DNA of 64,000 nt from Candidatus Eiseniibacteriota bacterium (GTDB lineage Bacteria; Desulfobacterota; Binatia; DP-6). Both the position numbers and the translations under genes were made by a program. The stretch lies in assembly GCA_035577985.1 (NCBI GenBank), contig DATJZY010000107.1:43475-107474 (forward strand), given 5' to 3'. Below are positions 26,780 to 36,769 of this stretch, one piece after another (within the stretch, counting starts at the first letter, position 1; each line of letters opens with the position of its first letter). The notes beneath the pieces are model-generated. The model had not been told where the DNA came from and searched no databases. It saw only the letters and a list, made by a program, of their open reading frames with translations.

Positions 26780-27286
26780 ATGCCGCGCAACGTCGAGATC
26801 AAGGCGCGCCTCGCCGATCTCGCCGCCGCGCGCGCGATCGCCGACCGCGTGGGAGCGCGCTTCACCTGGGCCGACGACCAGGTCGACCGATACTTCGAGC
26901 TGGACGGCGGCCGGCGCGTGAAGCTCCGCACGACCGGCCGCGGCGCCGAGCTGATCCGCTACGATCGACGCGAGGACGCCGGCGTGCGCGTGAGCGCGTA
27001 CGAGGTCTCTCCCGTGCGCGACGCCGAGGGGGAAGCATGCCTCGTGCCGACGACACGTCCGCTCGTGACGGTTCGCAAGCGGCGCGAGCTGTGGCTCCTG
27101 GACAACGTCCGCATCCACCTCGACACGGTCGACGGGCTCGGGACGTTCCTCGAGCTCGAGGCCGTCGTCGACGCGACGCACGACGAGGCGCGCTGCCGCG
27201 CAGCGGTCGATCGGCTGCTCGACGCCTTCGGACTCTCCGAAGCCGCGTGTCTGCGCGCGTCGTACGGCGACCTCCTGCGAGCGTGA
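26780..27286 (+). CDS. CYTH-domain protein (CyaB/class IV adenylyl cyclase / triphosphate tunnel metalloenzyme-like)
   Basis: The 168 aa ORF has the N-terminal signature NVEIKARL and the acidic beta-strand pattern of the CYTH fold. It lies 9 bp downstream of the LLM gene. Confidence 0.7.
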   Translation: MPRNVEIKARLADLAAARAIADRVGARFTWADDQVDRYFELDGGRRVKLRTTGRGAELIRYDRREDAGVRVSAYEVSPVRDAEGEACLVPTTRPLVTVRKRRELWLLDNVRIHLDTVDGLGTFLELEAVVDATHDEARCRAAVDRLLDAFGLSEAACLRASYGDLLRA

Positions 27287-27291
27287 CGGCG

Positions 27292-29346
27292 ATGCCGGGC
27301 GCGCTTGCCGGGCTGCGGGTGGACGAGCGGACGCGAGGGCTCGCCGCGACCTATGCTGGTCACCTGCTGGCGGGCCTCGGTGCGGACGTCTCGCGCGCGG
27401 AGGCGAGCCCGTTCCCGATCCTCGATCGTCGCAAGCGCGTCGCCGCCGCGGCGGGGCCAGTCGACGCCGTCATCGCCGACGAGGGCGCGCAGGCCGACGG
27501 CGCCCCGATCGCCTGCGGCGTGAGCGCCTGGGGCCGCACGGGACCGCGTCGGGCGCTTCCGCCCGACGAAGCGCTCGTGCAGGCGGCGACCGGCGTGCAC
27601 GCGCTCCAGTGGTCGTGGTCGGGGCGGCCGGTGTGGCTCGCGACGCCCGTCGTCTCCTACATGACCGGCATGCTGGCCGCGCTCGGCGTCGCCGCGGCGC
27701 ACTTCGCCCGCCTGCGCGGCGCATCCGGTCAGCGCCTCGACGTGAACGGGCTGCAAGGCTCGCTCGCCTTGAACGGCGGCACCTACGTGACCGGTCCGTC
27801 GCACCAGAGCGCGCTCCTCGTCGGCGGCGATCCGCGCGGCGTCTACCCGAGCTACAGCCTCTACCCGACCGCCGACGGATGGATCTTCCTCGGCGCGCTC
27901 ACGCAGCCGTTCTGGGTGAAGCTGCTCGACTTCCTGGGGCGCACCGACCTCCTCGCCGACGAACGACTGCAGGGCAACCCGATCACGTTCGGCGCGCCGG
28001 AGCTGCGTGCCTTCGTGCGCGGCGAGCTCGAGCCCGTGTTCGCGCAGCGGACGACCGCGGCGTGGGTGGGCGCGCTGCGCGCGGCCGACATCCCGTGCGG
28101 CCAGGTGCAGTCGCGCGAGCAGTACCTGCGCGACCCCGAGGTGCGGGCGGCCGGGCTGGCCGGCGACCCCTTCGAGCCGCCGCCGGCGGCGCGCATCGCC
28201 CCGGGCGCGCCCGCGACCCTTCGCCCCCCGCCGCCGGCGGGGTCGTGTCTCGAAGGCATCCGCGTGCTCGATCTCACGAGCTTCATCGCCGGGCCCGTCT
28301 GCCCGATGCTGCTCGCCGACCTCGGCGCCGACGTCGTGAAGATCGAGTCGCTGGACGGCGATCCCTTTCGCATGACGGCGTACGGCTTCCACGGCTGGAA
28401 CCGCGGGAAGCGCTCCGTCGTGCTCGACCTGAAGCGACCCGAGGGACGCGACGCGCTGCTCGACCTGGCGCGGAGCGCCGACGTCGTGGTCGAGAACTTC
28501 CGGGGGGGCGTCATGGATCGGCTCGGGCTCGGGCGCGACCGGCTGGAAGCGGTGAACCCGGCGCTCGTGCTCGTCTCGGTGACCGGTGCGGAGGGAGCGC
28601 TCGCCACGCTGCCCGGCTTCGATCCCGTCTTCCAGGCGCGCTCGGGCTTCATGACCGCGCAGGGCGGTTCCGACGATCCGGTCTTCCACACGATCGCCTA
28701 CAACGACTATTCGGCCGGGACGCTCGGCGCCTTCGCGGTCGTGGCGGCGCTCGTCGCGCGCGAACGGAGCCACCGCGGCCAGCGCGTCGACGTGAGCCTC
28801 ATGCGGACGGCGCTCGTCGACCAGGCGGCGCACATGACCGGTGGACCGGTCGGCGGGCGGGACTTTCTCGGGCCCGCCGCCGCGCGGCGCCTCTATCCGA
28901 CGGCGACCGGGTGGCTGTGCGTCGCCGCGACGAGCGAGGAGCAGGCGAGGGCGCTCGGATCGCCCGCGGACGTCGCCGTGGCGCTCGCGACGCCTGCGGA
29001 AGGGAGCGAGGGCGACCGCATCGCGGCCTGGTTCGGCGCGGTCTCGCGCACCGACGCTCTCGCTCGTCTGGAGGCCCTCGGTGTTCCGGCGGCGCCCTGT
29101 CTCTCGTTCCCCGAGATGCTGGCCGACGAGCATCTGCGTGCGAACGACGCCTTCGTCACGCTGGACGACCCGGCACTGGGTCCGGTCACCATGGGCGGGC
29201 CGCTCGTCAGCTTCGGGCGGACGCCGATCGGGTACCGGCGCCCCGGTCCCGGGCACGGCGCGCACTCGCGCGAGATCCTGGCCGAGATCGGGTACGACGA
29301 GGCGCGCGTCGCAGGTCTGGTCGCGGCAGGCGTCGTGGGCGTGTGA
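27292..29346 (+). CDS. Double-domain CoA-transferase family III (two CaiB/BaiF-like halves) protein
   Basis: This is the in-frame tail of the spurious ORF 26026..29346, starting at the ATG at 27292 (MPGALAGLRVDE). The ~684 aa protein has a first half ...AWVGALRAADIPCGQVQ and a second half IRVLDLTSFIAGPVCPMLLADLGADVVKIE. Both halves resemble family III CoA-transferases. Confidence 0.8.
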   Translation: MPGALAGLRVDERTRGLAATYAGHLLAGLGADVSRAEASPFPILDRRKRVAAAAGPVDAVIADEGAQADGAPIACGVSAWGRTGPRRALPPDEALVQAATGVHALQWSWSGRPVWLATPVVSYMTGMLAALGVAAAHFARLRGASGQRLDVNGLQGSLALNGGTYVTGPSHQSALLVGGDPRGVYPSYSLYPTADGWIFLGALTQPFWVKLLDFLGRTDLLADERLQGNPITFGAPELRAFVRGELEPVFAQRTTAAWVGALRAADIPCGQVQSREQYLRDPEVRAAGLAGDPFEPPPAARIAPGAPATLRPPPPAGSCLEGIRVLDLTSFIAGPVCPMLLADLGADVVKIESLDGDPFRMTAYGFHGWNRGKRSVVLDLKRPEGRDALLDLARSADVVVENFRGGVMDRLGLGRDRLEAVNPALVLVSVTGAEGALATLPGFDPVFQARSGFMTAQGGSDDPVFHTIAYNDYSAGTLGAFAVVAALVARERSHRGQRVDVSLMRTALVDQAAHMTGGPVGGRDFLGPAAARRLYPTATGWLCVAATSEEQARALGSPADVAVALATPAEGSEGDRIAAWFGAVSRTDALARLEALGVPAAPCLSFPEMLADEHLRANDAFVTLDDPALGPVTMGGPLVSFGRTPIGYRRPGPGHGAHSREILAEIGYDEARVAGLVAAGVVGV

Positions 29347-30164
29347 GGCCGTTCCCGATCGCGCTCGCGGCGACGCTCCACGACCCGACGGCGGCGCTGC
29401 GCGACGACATCGAGCGGGCGCTGCCGCGGCTTCGCGCGCTCTATGCCGGCGTCGCCGTCGCGACGAGCCCGCCGACGTCGAAGCGGATCGTCCGGCAGCT
29501 CGCCGCGGCGGGAGTCCATGCCGGTACGCCGCCGGCGAACACCCGCGGGCCGCTCTACCGGATGGCGATCCGGGGCGCGCTCGAGACCGCCGCGCCGGCC
29601 GTCCACTACGTCGACTTCGATCGCGCGGTGCACTGGCTGCGCGTCGCGCCGCGCGAGCTCGCGGCCGTGCTCCGTCTCTCGCGGCGGCAGGGCCCGCTGC
29701 TCGTCGGCCGCACGGCGACGGCGCACGCCTCGCACCACCGGCCGCTGTGGGCGACCGAGCTGGTCGCCGGCCGGCTCATCGCCGACGAGCTCGGCGTCGC
29801 CGGGCGGCTCGACGTGCTCGTGCCGTCGTTCGTGCTTCCCGCCGGCGCGGCGGGCGAGCTCGCGCGCCGGTCGCGTGCACGCGGCGAGGAGATCTACGGC
29901 GAATGGGCCGCGCTGGTCGCCGCCGCGGTACCGCAGCTGGCATACGTCGAGTGCCGCGGGCTCGACTGGGAGACGCCGGATCGTTTTCGGCGCGCCGTGC
30001 GGCGGGCCGGGCTCGCGGCCTGGCGGCGGCGACAGGAGACGCCGGGCGAGTGGGCGCTCCGTACCGCGATGGCGGAGAAGATCGTCGCCGGCTTCGAGCG
30101 CACGCGCGCCCGCTGGCCGTCGCGCCCGCGTCTTGTCCGCTTCCCGCCGCGCAGCGTACGCTGA
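29343..30164 (+). CDS. Hypothetical protein (operonic with CoA-transferase)
   Basis: The ~273 aa ORF starts with GTG and overlaps the upstream stop (GTGA). It begins ...PFPIALAATLHDP.... The composition is protein-like, but no family was recognised and the start is uncertain. Confidence 0.4.
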   Translation: MRPFPIALAATLHDPTAALRDDIERALPRLRALYAGVAVATSPPTSKRIVRQLAAAGVHAGTPPANTRGPLYRMAIRGALETAAPAVHYVDFDRAVHWLRVAPRELAAVLRLSRRQGPLLVGRTATAHASHHRPLWATELVAGRLIADELGVAGRLDVLVPSFVLPAGAAGELARRSRARGEEIYGEWAALVAAAVPQLAYVECRGLDWETPDRFRRAVRRAGLAAWRRRQETPGEWALRTAMAEKIVAGFERTRARWPSRPRLVRFPPRSVR

Positions 30165-30167
30165 GGC

Positions 30168-30569
30168 ATGGACGACGTCGCCGCGCGCATCCTGCGTGAC
30201 TACCGCCGGATCGCGGTGGTCGGCATCTCTGATCGCCCGGACCGCGACTCCAACCGCGTCGCCGCGTATCTGCAGGGCGCCGGCTACACGGTCATCCCCG
30301 TCAATCCGAACATCGCGCACGTGCTGGGCGGACCGTGCTGGCCGTCGCTCGGCGAGGCGCCCGGACCGATCGAGGTGGTGGACGTCTTCCGGCGCTCGGA
30401 GCTGGTCCCGCCGGTCGTCGACGCCGCGATCCGCGTCGGCGCCCGGGCGGTGTGGATGCAGGACGGTGTCGTGCACGAGGCCGCGGCGGCGCGGGCGCGC
30501 GCCGCCGGTCTCCTCGTGGTGATGGATCGCTGCATGATGCGCGACCACGCGCGCGGGATCGGACGGTGA
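30168..30569 (+). CDS. CoA-binding domain protein (YccU/YneT-like)
   Basis: The 133 aa ORF has the Rossmann-like CoA-binding pattern IAVVGISDRPDRDSNRVAAYLQGAGYTVIPVNP. Confidence 0.8.
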   Translation: MDDVAARILRDYRRIAVVGISDRPDRDSNRVAAYLQGAGYTVIPVNPNIAHVLGGPCWPSLGEAPGPIEVVDVFRRSELVPPVVDAAIRVGARAVWMQDGVVHEAAAARARAAGLLVVMDRCMMRDHARGIGR

Positions 30570-30749
30570 CCGGGCCCGCGCTCGAAACGGCGCGCCTCCG
30601 CCCGAGGCGGCACGGGTGCTGCGCTACGCGTTCGACGAGGCCGGCCTGCGCGGCGCCTCTGCGCCCCACGACTCCGGCCGTTGTTGCCACGCTCACACGC
30701 CTGGGTTACGACCCAGGCCCGCAGCTTCACCCCCCTAGAGGAGATCCCG

Positions 30750-32150
30750 ATGGAATACTCGATGGTGATCGACGGCCGGTCCGTGACGACCGGCCAATGG
30801 GACGACGTGATCAATCCCGCCAAGGGCGAGCCCTTCGCGCAGTGTCCGCGGGGCACGGGCGCCAACGTCGACGAGGCGGTCGCCGCCGCGGCGCGTGCCT
30901 TCAAGACCTGGCGCAAGGACGAGGCGCTGCGCCGCCAGAAGCTGAACGAGTGCGCCGCCGCGATCCAGGGCCACGTGCAGGACATCGCCGCCGTGCTCTC
31001 GCAGGAGCAGGGCAAGCCGATGACCGCCGCCATGGCCGAGGTGTTCGGCGCGTCGATGTGGTTCAGCTACTTCGCGAACCTCGCGACCGAGCCCGAGACG
31101 CTGCAGGACGACGGCGAGAAGACGATCAAGGTCGTCCGGAAGCCCCTCGGCGTCGTGGCGGCGATCACGCCGTGGAACTTCCCGGTGATCCTGCTCGCGT
31201 GGAAGCTCGCCCCGGCCTGGCTCGCGGGCAACACGGTGGTCGCGAAGCCGTCGCCCTACACGCCGCTCACCTCGCTCATGGTGGCCGACATCCTGAAGTC
31301 GGTCGTGCCGGCGGGGGTGCTGAACGTGCTGTCGGGCGGCAACGAGCTCGGCGCGAAGCTCGCCACCCATCCCGACGTGCGCAAGATCTCGTTCACCGGC
31401 AGCGTCGCCACCGGCAAGAAGATCATGGGCTACGCCGTCGAGGACCTGAAGCGCGTGACGCTCGAGCTCGGCGGCAACGACCCGGCGATCGTGCTCGACG
31501 ACGTCGACCCGCAGGCGGTCTCCGAGGGCTTGTTCTGGGGCGCGTTCCAGAACTCCGGCCAGGTGTGCACGGCCGTGAAGCGCCTCTACGTCCACGAGAA
31601 GGTCTACGACCCGATCGTGAAGGGGCTCACGGAGCTCGCCAAGAAGGCGAAGGTCGGGCCCGGCACGGACGCCGACACGCAGCTCGGGCCGATCAACAAC
31701 AAGATGCAGCTCGATCGCGTGATGGGGCTGGTCGAGGACGCGAAGAAGCACGGCGGCAAGATCGAGGCCGGCGGCGTGCGGCTCGAAGGGTCGGGCTACT
31801 TCTATCCGCCCACCATCGTGACCAACGTCGGCCCCGGCGTGCGGCTGGTCGACGAGGAGCAGTTCGGCACCGCGCTGCCGGTCATCAAGTACTCGAAGAT
31901 CGACGACGCCATCGCGCAGGCGAACGCCACCCACTACGGTCTCGGCGGCTCGATCTGGACCGGCAATCGCGAGAAGGGAATGGAGCTCGTTCAGGAGCTC
32001 GAGTGCGGCACCGGGTGGGTGAACCACCACATGGACATCACGCCGTTCGCGCCCTTCGGCGGCTCCAAGTGGAGCGGCCTCGGCTACGAGAACGGCCACT
32101 GGGGCTACGAGGCCTTCACCGAGCTGCAGGTCGTGAACGCGAAGAAGTAG
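30750..32150 (+). CDS. NAD(P)-dependent aldehyde dehydrogenase
   Basis: The track ORF is 30681..32150. The call starts at the ATG at 30750 (MEYSMVIDG), preceded by the SD agaGGAG. The ALDH motifs include TLELGGNDP and a catalytic Cys in the FQNSGQVCTAVKR context. Confidence 0.9.
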   Translation: MEYSMVIDGRSVTTGQWDDVINPAKGEPFAQCPRGTGANVDEAVAAAARAFKTWRKDEALRRQKLNECAAAIQGHVQDIAAVLSQEQGKPMTAAMAEVFGASMWFSYFANLATEPETLQDDGEKTIKVVRKPLGVVAAITPWNFPVILLAWKLAPAWLAGNTVVAKPSPYTPLTSLMVADILKSVVPAGVLNVLSGGNELGAKLATHPDVRKISFTGSVATGKKIMGYAVEDLKRVTLELGGNDPAIVLDDVDPQAVSEGLFWGAFQNSGQVCTAVKRLYVHEKVYDPIVKGLTELAKKAKVGPGTDADTQLGPINNKMQLDRVMGLVEDAKKHGGKIEAGGVRLEGSGYFYPPTIVTNVGPGVRLVDEEQFGTALPVIKYSKIDDAIAQANATHYGLGGSIWTGNREKGMELVQELECGTGWVNHHMDITPFAPFGGSKWSGLGYENGHWGYEAFTELQVVNAKK

Positions 32151-32353
32151 TCGCGCCCGCGAATCCGCGACACGGCCGGCGGCGCCACGCGCGTCGCCGG
32201 CCGTTTGCGTCGGATGCGCACCTCGCGCCCGGCGCCGAGGAAGGGGTGCGGCTTCGTGCCGTGGAAGAGTTGCAGCATGGGGAGGCGGGTGCCATGGGAG
32301 GGAGGCCCTCTCAACGGACCACTTTCGTCACCGAGGTGCACGCCGAGGCCGGC

Positions 32354-33422
32354 ATGCTGTTGAAGCTCGACGGTTCGGGGCTCCTGCACCTCCAGCTCTA
32401 CCGCGCCTTGCGCGCGCAGATCCTCGGCGGCCGGCTGCGTCCCGGCACGCGCCTCCCGTCGACGCGGGTGCTCGCCGCCGACAACGGTCTCTCCCGCAAC
32501 ACGGTGACGCTCGCCTTCGAGCAGTTGATCGGCGAGGGCTACGCCTCCGTGCGGCGCGGATCGGGCACCTACGTCACGCCCGACCTCCCGGACGAGGCGA
32601 CCTCGGTCCTGCGGCGACCCGACGCGGACCTCGGGCGGCCCACGGTGCGGCCGCGTCTGTCGCGCTTCGGAGAGACCATCCGGGACTGGCGCGTCTCGTG
32701 GGCGGCGCGCTCGGCGCGTCTGGCGTGCGACTTCCGCTATGGCCGTCCTGCCTTCCGGGATTTTCCACACGCGACGTGGCGCGCGCCGGGCGTCCGCCCG
32801 CGATCTCGACTACGGCCCGCCAGAGGGCGCGCCCTCGCTGCGCGAAGCCATCGCCGACTATCTCCACCGCGCGCGTGCCGTCGTGTGCGACGCCGCGCGG
32901 GTCGTCATCGTGAACGGCTCGCAGCAGACGCTCGACCTCACGGCGCGCGTGCTGCTCGATCGCGGCGATCGCGTGCTGCTGGAGGAGATGCACTACGCCG
33001 GGGCACGGAGCGTTTTTCTCGCCGCGGGCGCGCGCATCGTGACGGCGCCCGTCGACGGTGACGGGCTCGACGTCGCCGCGCTCGGCGAGCGGCACGTGCG
33101 CCGCTCGCGGGCGCGCAACGCCGCGCGGCGTGCGGTGCTGCTGGATGCGGTCGCCAAGCACCTCGGCGATCGCGTCGAGGTGGCCGGCGTCAATGCGGGC
33201 ATCCACGCCCTGCTCTGGGTGCGGCGTCTGCCGGCGAAGAAGCTCCCGGCGCTCGTTCGCCGCGCCGAGGCCGCCGGCGTGGGCGTGTTCCCGATCACCC
33301 CCCACTGCGCGAAGCCGCCCGACCGGGCCGGCCTGCTCCTCGGCTACGCGTCGCTCACCGACGCGGCCATCCGCGACCGGATCCGGCGCCTCGCGATCGC
33401 TCTCGACGACGTCAGCGCGTGA
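32354..33422 (+). pseudogene. MocR/GntR-family (HTH + aminotransferase-like domain) regulator, apparently frameshifted
   Basis: The GntR HTH (LPSTRVLAADNGLSRNTVTLAFEQLIGEGYASV) and linker read in one frame up to ...DFRYGRPAFRDFPHATW. The aminotransferase-like domain (ARDLDYGPPEGAPSLREAIADYL...VIVNGSQQTLDL) continues in the +1 frame, matching the track ORF 32739..33422. The shift falls between ~32740 and 32800, and the protein is also short for the family. The indel could be a sequencing or assembly error rather than a real pseudogene. Confidence 0.5.
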
Positions 33423-34332
33423 GACGGACCTTGCCCGGTGAGCCGTCCACGTGGACGAGCCCATGCGCGTCGTGCGCCGGCGTGCGAAGCAGGTCCGACA
33501 GCGCCTGCGCGACCTCGCGCGGACGCTCTTCCATGACGAAGTGCCCGGCGTCGACGAGGGTGAGCTTCGCGTTCGGGATGGCGGCGGCGAGCTCGGTGCC
33601 GATCTCGACCGGCAGGTAGGGGCGGCGGCTCCAGATGACGGCCGTGGGGCACGACACCGCAGGCAGGCCGCGCGCGAGGTCGGCGCGCGGCCGAACCCGA
33701 TAGTCGCGGAAGAAGTCGACGTAGAAGCGTCCGCCGCCGGGCTTCGACATCCAGCCTGCGGCGTAGGCGAACGACTCCTCGGTGAAGACGCCCCGCGCGA
33801 ATTCACGCCGGGCACCACGTCGATGGATCGCGCCGATCGGCAGGCGCGCGACGATCTGGCGGACGATCGGCAGGCGCGCGCCGGCGCCGGCCAGGCCGAA
33901 GATCGTGACCCAGGCCGGCGTGAACGTCCGGTGGGCGCGGCTGTTGAGGAGCGCCAGCCTCCGAACCCGGGTCGGATGCCGCTCGGCGAGCCCGAGGGCG
34001 AGAAAGCCGCCGTAGTCGTGGGCGAAGAGGTTGCACGAGCCGACCCCGAGCGCGTCGAGCACGCGCCGCAGGCGGTCGACCTCGGTGTCGTAGTCGTAGC
34101 GCCTCGTCCGGCCGGTGCCCGACCGTCCCCAGCCGAACCAGTCGAGCGCGAGCACGCGATGGGTCTCGGCGAGCGCCTGGGTGTGGTGCCGCCAGCTCAT
34201 GTAGCTGCCGAGGTATCCGTGCAGCAGGACGATGGGCTCGGCCTCGGGATTCCCTCGCTCGACGTACGCGAGGGTGGTGCCGTCCACCCGGAGCGATCGC
34301 TCCTGCGGTGCGGCGGGCGACGCACTGTTCAT
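33412..34332 (-). CDS. Alpha/beta hydrolase fold protein
   Basis: The track ORF is 33412..34341. It has HGYLGS, a nucleophile elbow AHDYGG, and a C-terminal His/Asp typical of the fold. Confidence 0.8.
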   Translation of the reverse strand: MNSASPAAPQERSLRVDGTTLAYVERGNPEAEPIVLLHGYLGSYMSWRHHTQALAETHRVLALDWFGWGRSGTGRTRRYDYDTEVDRLRRVLDALGVGSCNLFAHDYGGFLALGLAERHPTRVRRLALLNSRAHRTFTPAWVTIFGLAGAGARLPIVRQIVARLPIGAIHRRGARREFARGVFTEESFAYAAGWMSKPGGGRFYVDFFRDYRVRPRADLARGLPAVSCPTAVIWSRRPYLPVEIGTELAAAIPNAKLTLVDAGHFVMEERPREVAQALSDLLRTPAHDAHGLVHVDGSPGKVRLTR

Positions 34333-34365
34333 GACCCCCAAACGTGGCGCGCCGGTCGAAATCCA

Positions 34366-35241
34366 TCAACGGTCCACTTCGGCCCGATATGGGGGTGCCA
34401 CCGGAGCGCGACGCGCGTCCGCGACCGCGCGCGCCGCAGTCGCCGCCAGCACGATCGCACCGCCCGCGAGCGACGCGCTGCCGACGCGCTCGCCGTGCAC
34501 GAGCCACGTCCAGACCGGGTTCAGGACCGGCTCGATCAGCATGAGCAGCGACGTCTCGAGCGCCGGTACGTCGCGCATGCCGACCGAGAGGCAGACGTAG
34601 GCGAGTCCCACCTGCACGACGCCGAGGAAGACGACGATGCCCCAGTCCGCCGGCGTCGCGCCGCGGATCGGGAGCGCGAGCGGCAGGCACGCGAGGCAGG
34701 CGACCACGTTGCCCGCGACCAGCGCGGTCCCGGCGCCGGCTGCGCTGCGCGCCGTCCAGCGGATGCCCGTCACCGTGAGCGCCCACAGGAGCCCGGTCGC
34801 GGCAGCGAGCGCATTGCCGAGGTCGGGATCCGCCGCGATCGCCGTCTGCGGCACCTCGCCGACGAGGATCGTCGCGAGCCCGATCCCGAGCGCCGCCATG
34901 ACGAGCAGATCGCGCCGGCGCACGGGCTCGTGGAGGATCCACGGCCCCAGCACGAGCAGGTAGAGCGGCGCGGTCGACTGCAGGAAGATGGCGTTCGCCG
35001 CGGACGTCAGCTTGGTCGCCGACACGAACAGGATCATCTGGAGCGCGTAGACGGCGCCGACCGCGATCGTCGACGCGCGCCAGCGGACGCGCGTCTCCGG
35101 CAGGAGCGCGAGCAGCACGAGGACGCCCAGCGCGCACCGAACGGCGATCACCTGCCATGCCGTGAGGCTGCAGGCCTTGATCGCGGCGCCCGCGGTCGAG
35201 AACAGCAGCGCCGCTAGCAGGACGAGGAGCCGCGCGCGCAA
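34366..35241 (-). CDS. DMT-superfamily (EamA-like) transporter
   Basis: The 291 aa ORF encodes ~10 TM helices and shows the duplicated EamA pattern. Confidence 0.75.
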   Translation of the reverse strand: MRARLLVLLAALLFSTAGAAIKACSLTAWQVIAVRCALGVLVLLALLPETRVRWRASTIAVGAVYALQMILFVSATKLTSAANAIFLQSTAPLYLLVLGPWILHEPVRRRDLLVMAALGIGLATILVGEVPQTAIAADPDLGNALAAATGLLWALTVTGIRWTARSAAGAGTALVAGNVVACLACLPLALPIRGATPADWGIVVFLGVVQVGLAYVCLSVGMRDVPALETSLLMLIEPVLNPVWTWLVHGERVGSASLAGGAIVLAATAARAVADARRAPVAPPYRAEVDR

Positions 35242-35250
35242 GGCGGCTCG

Positions 35251-36681
35251 TCAGCCGCCCGCGGGAGCCGGTGCGCCGTCGGGACGCTTGCGGCGACGGC
35301 GGCGGCGCTTGCGCTTCTGCCCGTCGCCGGTTCCGGTCGGCCCGGGGCTCGCATGCGCCGGCTTCGCCTCGTGTACGGCGGGGCGGCGCTCGCGATGGTG
35401 CTCACCGCCCCCGCGACGATCGTGCCGCTCGTGACGGTCGCGCCGATCCTCGCGCGGCCGGCGTGGCGGATGCACGACGTGCTTTTCGAGCAGCGCATCG
35501 TCCGGGAAGTCGTGCGGGAGCTTGAAGCCGATGTACTTCTCGATGGCGTCGAGCCCCTCGACGTAGTCCTCGCAGGCGAGGCTGATGGCGTGTCCCGAGG
35601 CGCCGGCGCGCGCGGTGCGGCCGATGCGGTGGACGTAGTCCTCGGGATCGAGCGGCAGGTCGAAGTTGACGACGTGCGTGACGCCGTCGATGTGCAGGCC
35701 GCGTGACGCGACGTCGGTCGCGACCAGGATCGGCAGAGTACCGTCCTTGAAGTCCTGCAGGATGCGCAGGCGCCGGCGCTGGTCGACGTCGCCGGTGATG
35801 GCGGCGGCGTGGAAGCCGTTGGCTTCGAGGTAGCGCTCGATGCGGTCGGCCGAGCGGCGCATGTTCGTGAACACGAGCACCCGCGCGCCCGGCATGCGCC
35901 GCAGGAGCCCGATCAGCGCGGGCATCTTCTCGTGGAGCCCCACGTGGTAGACGAGGTGCTCCACGTTCTCGGCCGTCACCTGCTCGGGCGTGACCGACAC
36001 CTTCACGGCGTCGTTCATGAAGACGTAGGCGAGCTCCATGACGTCGAAGTTGAGCGTCGCCGAGAAGAGCATCGACTGCCGCCGCTCGAAAGGCGGGAGC
36101 TGGCGCAGGATGTAGCGCAGGTCCTTGATGAACCCCATGTCGAACATGCGGTCCGCCTCGTCGATGACCAGGATCTCGACGCTGCGCAGGTCGTAGACGC
36201 GCTGCTTGTGGTAGTCGATGAGGCGTCCGGGCGTCCCGATGAGGACGTCGACGCCCGCCTGCACGTCCTCGCGCTGCTTCTTGTAGTCGACGCCGCCGAA
36301 GACGGCGTGGATGGTGAACGGCGTCGCCTGGCCGAGCAGGCGCGCGTCGTTCGCGATCTGGACGACCAGCTCGCGCGTCGGCGCGATGATGAGCGCGCGG
36401 GGCGCGGCCGGCCGGCCGGCGCGCGTGCGCTCGAGCAGGCGCGTGAACAGGGTGACGAGGAACGCCGCGGTCTTGCCGGTTCCCGTCTGCGCCTGGCCGG
36501 CGACGTCCTTGCCCGCGAGCGCGAGCGGGAGCGTCTTCTCCTGGATCGGCGTGCAATGGACGAACCCGGCCGCGCGGATGCCGGCCCGCACGGGCTCGGG
36601 AAGATCGAAGCTGTCGAACGTGCGCCCGGTCGCGATGCGAGCCGCGTCGGACGCCGCCGGCTCGGTCGCGTCGGACGTCAC
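35251..36681 (-). CDS. DEAD-box ATP-dependent RNA helicase
   Basis: It has the Q-motif region, Walker A AQTGTGKT, PTRELV, DEAD (VIDEAD), SAT and HRIGRTARAG. The C-terminal tail is basic and Arg/Lys-rich. The start is GTG. Confidence 0.9.
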   Translation of the reverse strand: MTSDATEPAASDAARIATGRTFDSFDLPEPVRAGIRAAGFVHCTPIQEKTLPLALAGKDVAGQAQTGTGKTAAFLVTLFTRLLERTRAGRPAAPRALIIAPTRELVVQIANDARLLGQATPFTIHAVFGGVDYKKQREDVQAGVDVLIGTPGRLIDYHKQRVYDLRSVEILVIDEADRMFDMGFIKDLRYILRQLPPFERRQSMLFSATLNFDVMELAYVFMNDAVKVSVTPEQVTAENVEHLVYHVGLHEKMPALIGLLRRMPGARVLVFTNMRRSADRIERYLEANGFHAAAITGDVDQRRRLRILQDFKDGTLPILVATDVASRGLHIDGVTHVVNFDLPLDPEDYVHRIGRTARAGASGHAISLACEDYVEGLDAIEKYIGFKLPHDFPDDALLEKHVVHPPRRPREDRRDRHERHDRRGGGEHHRERRPAVHEAKPAHASPGPTGTGDGQKRKRRRRRRKRPDGAPAPAGG

Positions 36682-36712
36682 GCGCTCTCAATGACGGCCC
36701 TACCCGCAGTGT

Positions 36713-36735
36713 GTCAAGCGCATATGGTGCTTGAC
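36713..36735. promoter_or_regulatory. Palindromic operator-like site GTCAAG-N11-CTTGAC in the helicase/LeuD-like divergent region
   Basis: The sequence gtcaagcgcatatggtgcttgac is seen directly, with TTGACG overlapping the right half-site. Confidence 0.25.
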
Positions 36736-36769
36736 GTCGCGCCCGAGCCCGTGGGACACGAGAACGAGG

